64,000 nucleotides of DNA from a candidate division FCPU426 bacterium (GCA_040756875.1 JBFLYH010000001.1:96001-160000), one strand, 5' to 3'; shown: positions 10,459-18,512, counted from the first letter of the stretch. Translations and numbers: made by a program. Notes: generated by a model from the sequence alone, not told the origin.

Positions 10459-10980
10459 TCAGAACCAGGTTTGCCGCTTATAAACCCGGTACGCCTCCCC
10501 GAACTGGGCTTCCAGCGCGGTTTCCTCCAGGCGCTGCCAGAAAAGAATGCCAGGAACGCACACCAGTCCGAGGGCCAGGCTGATAGCCGCGCCGTTGAAT
10601 ACCACCCAGCCGGCGATCCACAGGATGAAGCCCGCATACATGGGATGGCGGAACTTGGAGTACAAACCCGTAGTGACCAAATGATCGATGTTTTCCACTC
10701 CCCGCAATTGAATTAACCCTCCCACTGCCAGGACCAATGCCACTGCCACCAGAACCAGCCCGGCCCGGCTCAGGACCGCGGGGAGGGCGATGCGCCAGGG
10801 GTCCAAAGGGCAAAAGAAAGGCCAGCTCATCAGGAAGACGCCCATGGCCGTGGCGATCGCGGCAAAGACCACCGGATTCTTGGTGTCCACCCTGCCGGCT
10901 TGCTTGAGGAGTTCATAGCCCGTGCGGGCGAGAAAAGCGAGCAGGCACAGGCCGGCGATGATCAGATAGGTTTTATCCAT
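10459..10980 (-). CDS. isoprenylcysteine carboxylmethyltransferase/PEMT-family membrane methyltransferase
   Basis: LVTTGLYSKFRHPMY and EE..L...FGE.Y..YK motifs. Confidence 0.85.
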   Translation of the reverse strand: MDKTYLIIAGLCLLAFLARTGYELLKQAGRVDTKNPVVFAAIATAMGVFLMSWPFFCPLDPWRIALPAVLSRAGLVLVAVALVLAVGGLIQLRGVENIDHLVTTGLYSKFRHPMYAGFILWIAGWVVFNGAAISLALGLVCVPGILFWQRLEETALEAQFGEAYRVYKRQTWF

Positions 10981-10987
10981 GGCAGGC

Positions 10988-11392
10988 CTATCTCCAGACC
11001 GCGAGCAGGGCGCCGACCAGACCCATGGCCACAAAATGGCAGCCAACTCGGATCCCGAACAGTTTGAACGGGATCTTTTCCCAGATCAGCTCTCCGACCT
11101 CCAAGGGCACTACGAAGCCGACCCAAGCCAGGATTCCGATCGCGATCCCGCCGGCCACGGTCGTGGCTTGCGCGAGGGCAATAAACACCGCCAGTACCAA
11201 AGCCACGAGCAAATGGCCGAGGATGCCTGCAGGCATCCAGCGGACCGCGGGCTTGGAATCGGACTTGGTGAGCTCGGCCCAGGCTTTGCCGAAAAGCAGG
11301 GGCGAGAACCAGAGCAGGTTCGAAACCATGTGGATCAAGCCCGCGACCAGAACTGCCGGATAATTCAATTGCGACCAGACAGACGCCAGCAT
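10988..11392 (-). CDS. DUF1761 membrane protein
   Basis: NY.AVLVA...LWFSP.LFGK.W pattern with four TM helices; AAGGAGG RBS. Confidence 0.8.
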   Translation of the reverse strand: MLASVWSQLNYPAVLVAGLIHMVSNLLWFSPLLFGKAWAELTKSDSKPAVRWMPAGILGHLLVALVLAVFIALAQATTVAGGIAIGILAWVGFVVPLEVGELIWEKIPFKLFGIRVGCHFVAMGLVGALLAVWR

Positions 11393-11542
11393 GAGGCCTC
11401 CTTGAGGTGGAGAAATGATGTTATAGGCGAAATTATACCTTGTGCGGCCCTGGGCAGGTGTTTTTTGTGTAATAAATGCGTGCATTCCCAGTCAAATAAT
11501 TATAGAATCCGCTTTATATAACCCCCCCAGGAGGAACCCTCT

Positions 11543-12067
11543 TTGCCTCCTACTGCAATCAAGACCATCCGCGATCTGATCTTCTGGGAATACGCCAAAC
11601 TCATATCCCAATCCGCAGGCAAAGGCCGGGACAACTTTGCCTTTGTGATGTTTAAATTCAAGGAACTGCAAAGCAGGGCGATTTCCTGGTCCACGATCCT
11701 CAGGGAAGACCTCAAAACCTCCCGCGATGAATGCGCGTACTGCGGGGCCAAGTCCAACCTCAGCCACGACCACATCGTTCCCAAGCGGGAATGCCACTAC
11801 GACGAGATCCACAACATCGTGGCTGCTTGCAAGTCCTGCAATTCCTCCAAGGGGGACAAGGATTTGATCGAGTGGTATGGCCTTGACCGCCGCGCCGAAA
11901 TCCCCAGGATCGTAATGGGGAAATATCTGAAAATGCTGTACATCTGCCACGAATGCCGGGGGACATTGGCGAAGCGGGATATCAATAAGGATGGGAAGGT
12001 CGATTTGCTGGATTTGGGGTGGATATTCAAGGAGACGTGCGGGGAGAAGGGGAGTGCGCTTAAGTAA
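11543..12067 (+). CDS. HNH endonuclease with C-terminal dockerin/EF-hand-like loop
   Basis: CAYCG, DHIVP and HN.V.ACKSCNSSK motifs; DINKDGKVDLLDL; AGGAGG RBS before the TTG. Confidence 0.85.
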   Translation: MPPTAIKTIRDLIFWEYAKLISQSAGKGRDNFAFVMFKFKELQSRAISWSTILREDLKTSRDECAYCGAKSNLSHDHIVPKRECHYDEIHNIVAACKSCNSSKGDKDLIEWYGLDRRAEIPRIVMGKYLKMLYICHECRGTLAKRDINKDGKVDLLDLGWIFKETCGEKGSALK

Positions 12068-12142
12068 ATAAGTTAACTCCTGGAGTTCCCCTGATCATAG
12101 AATTCATAAAAAACGTAAGGGCGGAAAATTAGGAGGTCTAGA

Positions 12143-13015
12143 GTGAGTGAACGGCTTGAGGAAATATTTAAACTGCCAAAAGACACGCCGCCAAAAGCCC
12201 TTTACCACTACACTTCGCGAGAGGGTCTGCTGGGTATTTTAAAGGAACGGGCTATTTGGGCGACAGATATCATGTGTCTTAACGATTCGATGGAATTTAC
12301 TTATGCGGTCGAAATTGCGCGACCACTTGCACTAGAAATGATTAATAATTGTACGGATGAACAAGAGAAAAATGGATACAGAATGATAAGTAGTTTACTT
12401 GAAGAGAGGAATATAGGGCAATTCCGATCATACATTGTTTCCTTTTCAGAAGAAGGAGATTTATTAAGCCAATGGAGGGGCTATACCCGCGCAGGTGATG
12501 GTTATGCTATTGAATTTAACCCGGATATACTTGAACAACTGATTAGAACTAATATTTTGGAGAACAAGGAGTTCTATCTTGCAAAATGCAGGTATGTATT
12601 AAATGAACAGAAGAAAATTGTGGAAGAAGTACTCGAAAATGCACGAAAGATATCCAAAACTGAGGTAGAAGCAGGAATTCCAATTTATGCGGCTATCGTT
12701 AAAAATTTTCTTATTCCTTTTTTATTCATTGCACCTCTTATCAAACACCCGACCTTTAAGCAAGAACAAGAATGGCGGCTTATTGCCTTCTTAGCTGATG
12801 CGACTAACATACTTCAGTTTAAACCGGGCAAGTCAATGCTGATTCCATACATCTCCTTTAAGTTTGATGAAACGGGGTTGCCTTTTAATAAAATAATACT
12901 TGGCCCAAATCCTCATCCGGAACTTAATCGACGAGTAGTTTTGGAACTTTTAGACAAATATGGTGCTACTAATGCAGTATGCACAAGTTCTTCAATACCA
13001 TATAGGGATTGGTAA
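12143..13015 (+). CDS. DUF2971 domain protein
   Basis: LYHYTS, LND..E, SFSE.GDLLSQWRGY, K.P.F..EQEWR and I.LGP motifs; AT-rich. Confidence 0.85.
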   Translation: MSERLEEIFKLPKDTPPKALYHYTSREGLLGILKERAIWATDIMCLNDSMEFTYAVEIARPLALEMINNCTDEQEKNGYRMISSLLEERNIGQFRSYIVSFSEEGDLLSQWRGYTRAGDGYAIEFNPDILEQLIRTNILENKEFYLAKCRYVLNEQKKIVEEVLENARKISKTEVEAGIPIYAAIVKNFLIPFLFIAPLIKHPTFKQEQEWRLIAFLADATNILQFKPGKSMLIPYISFKFDETGLPFNKIILGPNPHPELNRRVVLELLDKYGATNAVCTSSSIPYRDW

Positions 13016-13109
13016 TAGAAACAAAATGGGATTAATAAATTTAAAGATGCCGTAATGAATGGGGACGGAGTGGCCCCGTTCACACGGGAGGAAGAATGAC
13101 TGATGAACC

Positions 13110-13146
13110 GGGACGTTGTTTAAATGTCAAAATGACCCGCGGCCTC
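13110..13146 (+). repeat. GGGAC hairpin repeat, copy R1
   Basis: GGGACGTTGTTTAAATGTCAAAATGACCCGCGGCCTC. Confidence 0.85.
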
Positions 13147-13148
13147 CC

Positions 13149-13184
13149 CAATTGTGCAAGAGGTGCTTGCACAAATTGCTTAGT
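13149..13184 (+). repeat. extragenic copy of the yhcG internal palindrome
   Basis: CAATTGTGCAAGAGGTGCTTGCACAAATTGCTTAGT matches 13755..13790 at 33/36 nt. Confidence 0.85.
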
Positions 13185-13405
13185 GTAAATGGGGACGTTG
13201 TTTAAATGTCAAAATGTTTACAGTGCTGATATTCACCTGACACCTCCGCCTTTTGCTGGTTGAGCTGCCGGGCTGCTTTCTGGTGTCCCTTTTCCCGCAG
13301 ATGTTTTAACGCCCAATGCCAGTCGCCTGTCCTTCACGACTTATCTCATAAAACCTTTCTCAACTGATGAAAAACGCATTGAAATCCCTCGCCACCGGTC
13401 TAATG
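13184..13405 (+). repeat. 222-bp direct repeat, copy 1 (contains R2; leader of yhcG-1)
   Basis: Two mismatches to 14789..15010 by eye alignment. Confidence 0.9.
13192..13216 (+). repeat. GGGAC hairpin repeat, copy R2
   Basis: GGGACGTTGTTTAAATGTCAAAATG, identical to the R1 core. Confidence 0.85.
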
Positions 13406-13432
13406 GATCAAGAATGTGCGAGGGGGAATATT

Positions 13433-14014
13433 ATGCCCGGCGAAAAAAGAAAGACGCACTTCCAAACCCAGCTCCATAGCCTGCCGTATGATTATGCGCA
13501 AATTCTTGCTGAGATAAAACACAGAATCCATAGTGAACGGTTGCGTGTTGCACGGGCGGCGAATTCTGCCCTGGTTATGCTGTATTGGGACATTGGCAGG
13601 TTAATACTAGGCCGCCAGAAACACGAAGGCTGGGGAACACGTGTCATAGACCGGCTTTCGGCGGATTTAAGGACGTCTTTCCCGGAAATGAATGGTTTGT
13701 CCCCGCGAAATCTTAAATATATGCGTGCGTTTGCCTCGGCATGGCCGAATAGATCAATTGTGCAAGAAGTGCTTGCACAAATTACTTGGTATCATAATCT
13801 TGCTTTGTTGGAAAAATTGAAACCATCAGAAGAAAGGCTGTGGTATGCCCGAAAAAGCCTTGATAACGGGTGGAGTCACAATATACTTGTAATTCAAATC
13901 GAAAGCGGCGCACGCGAACGGAGCGGAAAGGCGCTGCATAATTTCAAAACTACCCTGCCTGCGGAGGATTCGGATCTGGCGGGCCAGGTATTTAAGGACC
14001 CATATGGGTTTTGA
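13433..14014 (+). pseudogene. yhcG: YhcG/DUF1016 N-terminal domain only (3'-truncated, lacks the PD-(D/E)XK nuclease domain)
   Basis: Colinear with 15038..16093 up to FKDPY, then stops (FKDPYGF*). Confidence 0.75.
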
Positions 14015-14076
14015 TCGGGGCCGGAGTTAACTTGTTAACATAGCCAAGAATGGTGCCAGCCGCCATTTCTCTGTTT

Positions 14077-14115
14077 ACTGTGCGGGAAATACTTGCGCAA
14101 ATGACTTGGTACCAT
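14077..14115 (+). repeat. second, degenerate extragenic copy of the yhcG palindromic segment
   Basis: Reads TVREILAQMTWYH versus IVQEVLAQITWYH; 31/39 nt identical to 13757..13795. Confidence 0.7.
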
Positions 14116-14221
14116 GGAGATGCGGGACACTGTGTCCCTGAGATTCATTCAATCAAAACAGCAGGCGTGCTATTATGGGGAATATATTAATTATATTTAG
14201 GCACGGGCTTTATTAAATAAA

Positions 14222-14692
14222 ATGGAGATGAGAATGGAAATACAAATAGAGCCATTGTCTTCCGGAGAACAAGCTCCGCTGGATTTACTGAAGCTTGCTG
14301 ATCCATCTGAAAAAATGGTCGCTTTCTATTTAAGCCAGGGAGAGTGCTTTGTTGCTAAAGAAAGTAATGCTGTGGTGGGAGTTATTATTAGTATGAAAAC
14401 GAAGCCGGATACTTTTGAAATAATGGCCATAGCTGTAAAAACAGAGATGCAGAATAAGGGTATTGGTAAAAGGTTGATTGCTTTTGTACGGGAAAAGGTG
14501 AAAAAAACGGGCGCGAAATATTTGGAAATTGGGACAGGCAATCCCGGTGTGCAACAAATGCTGCTTTATCAAAAATGTGGTTTTAGAATAGTTGGCGTGG
14601 ATTTGGATTATTTCAGAAGAAATCACGATGAAAAAATAATGGTAAATGGCATTGAATGCCGGGATATGATTCGCATGCAAATGGAATTATAA
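14222..14692 (+). CDS. GNAT family N-acetyltransferase
   Basis: QNKGIGK acetyl-CoA motif, IGTGN, YQKCGF; the start may be 14234. Confidence 0.9.
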   Translation: MEMRMEIQIEPLSSGEQAPLDLLKLADPSEKMVAFYLSQGECFVAKESNAVVGVIISMKTKPDTFEIMAIAVKTEMQNKGIGKRLIAFVREKVKKTGAKYLEIGTGNPGVQQMLLYQKCGFRIVGVDLDYFRRNHDEKIMVNGIECRDMIRMQMEL

Positions 14693-14698
14693 AGACTA

Positions 14699-14726
14699 GG
14701 GACGTTTTTTAAATGTCAAAATGTCC
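14699..14726 (+). repeat. GGGAC hairpin repeat, copy R3
   Basis: GGGACGTTTTTTAAATGTCAAAATGTCC, 6 nt after the GNAT stop. Confidence 0.85.
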
Positions 14727-14788
14727 TGCGCTCCAATAATCACCCCCTTTACTCCTCCCTGAATACTTCTGCCCTAAATGTTAATAAT

Positions 14789-15010
14789 TGTAAATGGGGA
14801 CGTTGTTTAAATGTCAAAATGTTTACAGTGCTGATATTCACATGACACCTCCGCCTTTTGCTGGTTGAGCTGCCGGGCTGCTTTCTGGTGTCCCTTTTCC
14901 CGCAGATGTTTTAACGCCCAATGCCAGTCGCCTGTCCTTCACGACTTATCTCATAAAACCTTTCTCAACTGATGAAAAACGCATTGAAATCCCTCGCCGC
15001 CGGTCTAATG
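14789..15010 (+). repeat. 222-bp direct repeat, copy 2 (contains R4 at 14797..14821; leader of yhcG-2)
   Basis: Near-identical to 13184..13405 (offset 1605). Confidence 0.9.
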
Positions 15011-15037
15011 AATTAAAACTGTGCGGAAGGGAATTAT

Positions 15038-16093
15038 ATGCCCGGTGAAAAAGTGAAGGCGCGCTTCCATACCCAGCTCAATGGCCTGCCGTATGATTAT
15101 GCGCAAATTCTTGCTGAGATAAAACACAGAATCCAAAGCGAACGGTTGCGTGTTGTGCGGGCGGCGAATTCTGCCCTGGTCATGCTGTATTGGGACATTG
15201 GCCGCCTTATACTTGGTCGGCAGAAACATGAAGGCTGGGGAACACGCGTGATAGACCGGCTTTCGGAGGACTTGAAGGCGGTTTTTCCGGAAATGAGGGG
15301 TTTGTCCCCGAGAAACCTCAAGTATATGCGGGCTTTTGCCTTGGCCTGGTCTAATAAGGCAATTGTGCAGCAGCTTGCTGCACAATTGCCCTGGTATCAT
15401 AACTGCATGCTTTTGGAAAAAATTAATGCGATCCCCCTGCGTCTATGGTACGCCAAGATGGCGCTCACCCAAGGATGGAGCAGGAATATACTTTCACTAC
15501 AGATCGAAAGCGGTGCATACGAACGGAGCGGAAAAGCGCTGCATAATTTTAAAACTACGCTGCCGGCGGAGGATTCGGACCTGGCGAACCAAGTATTTAA
15601 AGACCCTTATTTATTTGACTTTCTCGGCATGGCTGAGCTTAAAAGAGAAAAGCAGGTCGAACAAGCTTTGGTGGATCATATTCAGAAGTTTTTGCTCGAA
15701 TTGGGCGCGGGGTTTGCTTTTGTCGGGCGGCAGGTTAGATTGGACGTTGGCGGCCAGGATTTCATCATTGACCTGCTTTTCTACCATCTTGCGCTCAGGT
15801 GTTATATCGTTATAGAACTCAAAGCCGTGCCATTTGAACCGGCGTTTGTTGGCCAAATGAACCTATACCTATCCGCTGTTGATGATCGTATGCGGCACGC
15901 GGAGGATAAGCCGACGATCGGGTTGCTGCTGTGCAAAGCAAAAAATCGCTTGATCGTGGAATATGCCCTCCGCGATTTGAAAAGGCCGATCGGTGTGGCG
16001 CGATGGGAAACGAAGATCGTCAGGTCGCTACCTAAAAAGTTTGCTGGGATACTGCCTTCGATCGAGCAGATCGAGGAGGAGTTGAAACGTTAA
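15038..16093 (+). CDS. yhcG: YhcG/DUF1016 family PD-(D/E)XK nuclease
   Basis: LYWDIG, GLSPRNLKYMRAF, KDPYLFDFL, FLLELG.GFAFVGRQ, IDLLFYH, VIELK, GQMNLY and TIGLLLC motifs. Confidence 0.92.
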   Translation: MPGEKVKARFHTQLNGLPYDYAQILAEIKHRIQSERLRVVRAANSALVMLYWDIGRLILGRQKHEGWGTRVIDRLSEDLKAVFPEMRGLSPRNLKYMRAFALAWSNKAIVQQLAAQLPWYHNCMLLEKINAIPLRLWYAKMALTQGWSRNILSLQIESGAYERSGKALHNFKTTLPAEDSDLANQVFKDPYLFDFLGMAELKREKQVEQALVDHIQKFLLELGAGFAFVGRQVRLDVGGQDFIIDLLFYHLALRCYIVIELKAVPFEPAFVGQMNLYLSAVDDRMRHAEDKPTIGLLLCKAKNRLIVEYALRDLKRPIGVARWETKIVRSLPKKFAGILPSIEQIEEELKR

Positions 16094-16164
16094 AGCCTTC
16101 GACAGTAGGTTTATACCAACCCGATTCCCCTGCCTCTCCCATACCCCGTATGCTAAAATGCCTG

Positions 16165-16192
16165 GGGACGTAGTTTGAATGTCCGGATGTCC
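16165..16192 (+). repeat. GGGAC hairpin repeat, copy R5
   Basis: GGGACGTAGTTTGAATGTCCGGATGTCC. Confidence 0.85.
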
Positions 16193-16284
16193 AGCAGTCT
16201 CTCCTGCTCTTTGTGGACTAAAAGATGTCGTATTATTTTAAGATTAAAAGGTTAAAACAGCCGATGAGCATTATAAATATACCA

Positions 16285-17112
16285 ATGAAACATCCCTTGG
16301 TATCTATTTTAGTTTTCCTAATGCTGATCTGTTTAGTCTCAATTACCCCTTCCTCTGCCCGCGACTGGCCTGAGTCCCGCACTGCGACTATCTACTCCCA
16401 AGGCGCCCGCATTCCTTATCTCCCATCCGGCGGCACGGAAAGCAAACCATCCACCTGCCAAGGCGCTTCCACGCAATTGCGGATCACCCAGGTTCTGGCA
16501 AAAATGCCCCGGCACGACGTGGACCTGGGCCGGACTACGCTGACCTTGCTTTCTTTGGATGGCAAGAAGGAGCTGCTTAAAGAGACCTTTACCGAGGTTT
16601 GGGAATGCCTGGGGTACAATCCAACCGCCAAGCGTTATGTCCTGATCACCAAGAATGAACACGGCACCAAAGTCACTTTGCGCGGCTTGGTCTATTTGGA
16701 AGAGAACCCGGCGAGGTTCAAGGATTCGGTGTTTGGAGAAAAACAGTTTGAAGCTGCGGCGTCCTTGCCCGGGCCGGATGGGAACTATCTGGCGCTGATC
16801 GGCGCTCCGGAAGGGGAAGACACCTACAAGCTGTATGTCCTGAATCTGGTCGCGGACAAACTGCAACTCCTGGGCGATGCGCCTGGCCCTCCGCCTCTGA
16901 CCAAGGAAGATTTGGAATGGCCGGAAGCCTTGGACATGATGGCAGCCTGGGAAGCGCCGGAACGGCACTACACTGAGCTGGAACCAGGCATCTGGTCCTT
17001 CACGAACCCGTCCACCCTGCAAGTCAGCTATGGCAAAGACACCTATAAAGCCCGCAATAAAAAGCGCAGCATAAAAACCTGGGATTTAAAAAGCCTGTTC
17101 AAACCAATTTAG
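16285..17112 (+). CDS. secreted hypothetical protein
   Basis: Signal peptide MKHPLVSILVFLMLICLVSITPSSA; the stop codon overlaps repeat R6. Confidence 0.7.
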   Translation: MKHPLVSILVFLMLICLVSITPSSARDWPESRTATIYSQGARIPYLPSGGTESKPSTCQGASTQLRITQVLAKMPRHDVDLGRTTLTLLSLDGKKELLKETFTEVWECLGYNPTAKRYVLITKNEHGTKVTLRGLVYLEENPARFKDSVFGEKQFEAAASLPGPDGNYLALIGAPEGEDTYKLYVLNLVADKLQLLGDAPGPPPLTKEDLEWPEALDMMAAWEAPERHYTELEPGIWSFTNPSTLQVSYGKDTYKARNKKRSIKTWDLKSLFKPI

Positions 17113-17161
17113 GGACGTTGTTTGAATGTCCGGATGTCCCGCGGCCTCGCCTTTTCTCCTC
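17112..17161 (+). repeat. GGGAC hairpin repeat, copy R6
   Basis: GGGACGTTGTTTGAATGTCCGGATGTCCCGCGGCCTCGCCTTTTCTCCTC; 44/50 identical to R7. Confidence 0.85.
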
Positions 17162-17370
17162 AAACTTGAACCCGTAAATGTTCGATTTCCTTTAAGCATG
17201 GGCGCTTCATCCCGGACCCTTTGCGAAAAAGCCGGGAAGGGGAAAAGAACCAAGGGGATTGAGGGTTGACACTGAGAGCGTAATCTTTTATTAATAGTGA
17301 AAACGGGCTGTCCTCGATATAACCTCCGAATCAAACCGGCTGGCCGTAATCAAAGCGCGCGAGGTATAGG

Positions 17371-18474
17371 ATGAGAAAAAATATCTGGGTCATGGGCATG
17401 ATCATGTGGTTGGCCCTTCCTGCCATGGGGCAGGCGGTCACCTTCGGGGAAACCGGCACTGGCACAGCCGGCAGCACGGTGAACGGTTATCTGATGCTGT
17501 GCCAATTCACCTGCCCGGCGGATGGAACCATAAACCGGATAAACTTGAGAGTTGATTATACGAACGGCAGCGGCCGGGTGGCCATTTACTCCAATGCCGG
17601 GGCCGATCAACCCGGCGTGCTGCTGGCTGAAAGCGCTTCCCAGGGCGTCAGCACCGGCTGGAACACTTTTACCGTCGCTTCTACGGCCGTGAGCAATGGA
17701 GCAACCTATTGGCTGGCCTTTCAATTGAATTCCAGCATTACCGGCGTCCGCTATTACACGGATTCAAACCTGAATAAACAGCGGTATTACAATTACGCCT
17801 ATGCCGCTTTTCCGGCCAACTTGTCCGGCAGCCCGCCCAACGGCTCCCTGGCGGCCCGGACCTGCATCTATGCCTTTGACGTCGAAACGCCGACGCCGAC
17901 GCTCACAGCTTCGGCGACCGCGACGCTCTCCGCCACCATTTCCCCCACGGCGACCATCACTCCCACTGTTACTGACACGCCCACCCTGACCTCCACGGCC
18001 ACGCCCTCGGATTCGCCGACCCGCACCGTCACCACGACCACAACGCCCACAGGCACGATCACCCCGACCGCGACCATCACCTTGACCTCCACCATCAGCC
18101 CGACTTTTACGATCAGCCCGACCGCAACCGTTTCCCCGATGGTCACGGCAACCGTGTTGCCCGCCTCCAGCCTGACCTCCACCCCGAACCTCCTGGCGGA
18201 GGTATTGTTAAACGGGAAGCAGGCGATGGTTTTCCCCAACCCCGCCCGGGATGAGGTCCGGTTCCTGGTGCATCTGGACCGGGCGGCAACCCTGCGGCTG
18301 GACCTGTTCAATTCGAACGGTGAAAGGATCGCGGGCCTGGACGCCGCTTTGCCGGCCGGCCGGGGGCAGGTCATTCAATGGGATTGCCGCGATGTGGCGC
18401 CCGGCGTATACCACGTCCGCCTGCTGAAGGACGGGCAGGCCTGGGAAAAGCTAAAAGTGGCGGTCGTAAGGTAG
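17371..18474 (+). CDS. secreted protein with long Thr/Pro linker and T9SS-like CTD
   Basis: Signal peptide; beta-sandwich N-domain (PG.LLA, YWLA); TPT/TISPT repeats; VFPNP...W...VAPGVY...KVAVVR tail. Confidence 0.8.
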   Translation: MRKNIWVMGMIMWLALPAMGQAVTFGETGTGTAGSTVNGYLMLCQFTCPADGTINRINLRVDYTNGSGRVAIYSNAGADQPGVLLAESASQGVSTGWNTFTVASTAVSNGATYWLAFQLNSSITGVRYYTDSNLNKQRYYNYAYAAFPANLSGSPPNGSLAARTCIYAFDVETPTPTLTASATATLSATISPTATITPTVTDTPTLTSTATPSDSPTRTVTTTTTPTGTITPTATITLTSTISPTFTISPTATVSPMVTATVLPASSLTSTPNLLAEVLLNGKQAMVFPNPARDEVRFLVHLDRAATLRLDLFNSNGERIAGLDAALPAGRGQVIQWDCRDVAPGVYHVRLLKDGQAWEKLKVAVVR

Positions 18475-18512
18475 AGAAACAGGGTGGTGAATAGAGACGT
18501 AGTTTCTGAATA

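Noticed and set aside
13149-14115. Diversity-generating retroelement (TR/VR pair with yhcG)
   Set aside because: No reverse transcriptase; the copies are under 40 nt, and mismatches are not confined to adenines of one template (they include T/C, T/G and both A>G and G>A).
13110-14821. CRISPR array from the repeat pairs R1-R2 and R3-R4
   Set aside because: Only two repeats per cluster, unequal spacers (57 and 73 nt), other copies separated by whole genes, and no cas genes in the window.
17886-18190. DNA tandem repeat in Thr/Pro linkers (also near 7135..7265 and 51260..51560)
   Set aside because: The periodicity is at the protein level with degenerate codons; these are low-complexity linkers, not nucleotide repeat elements.
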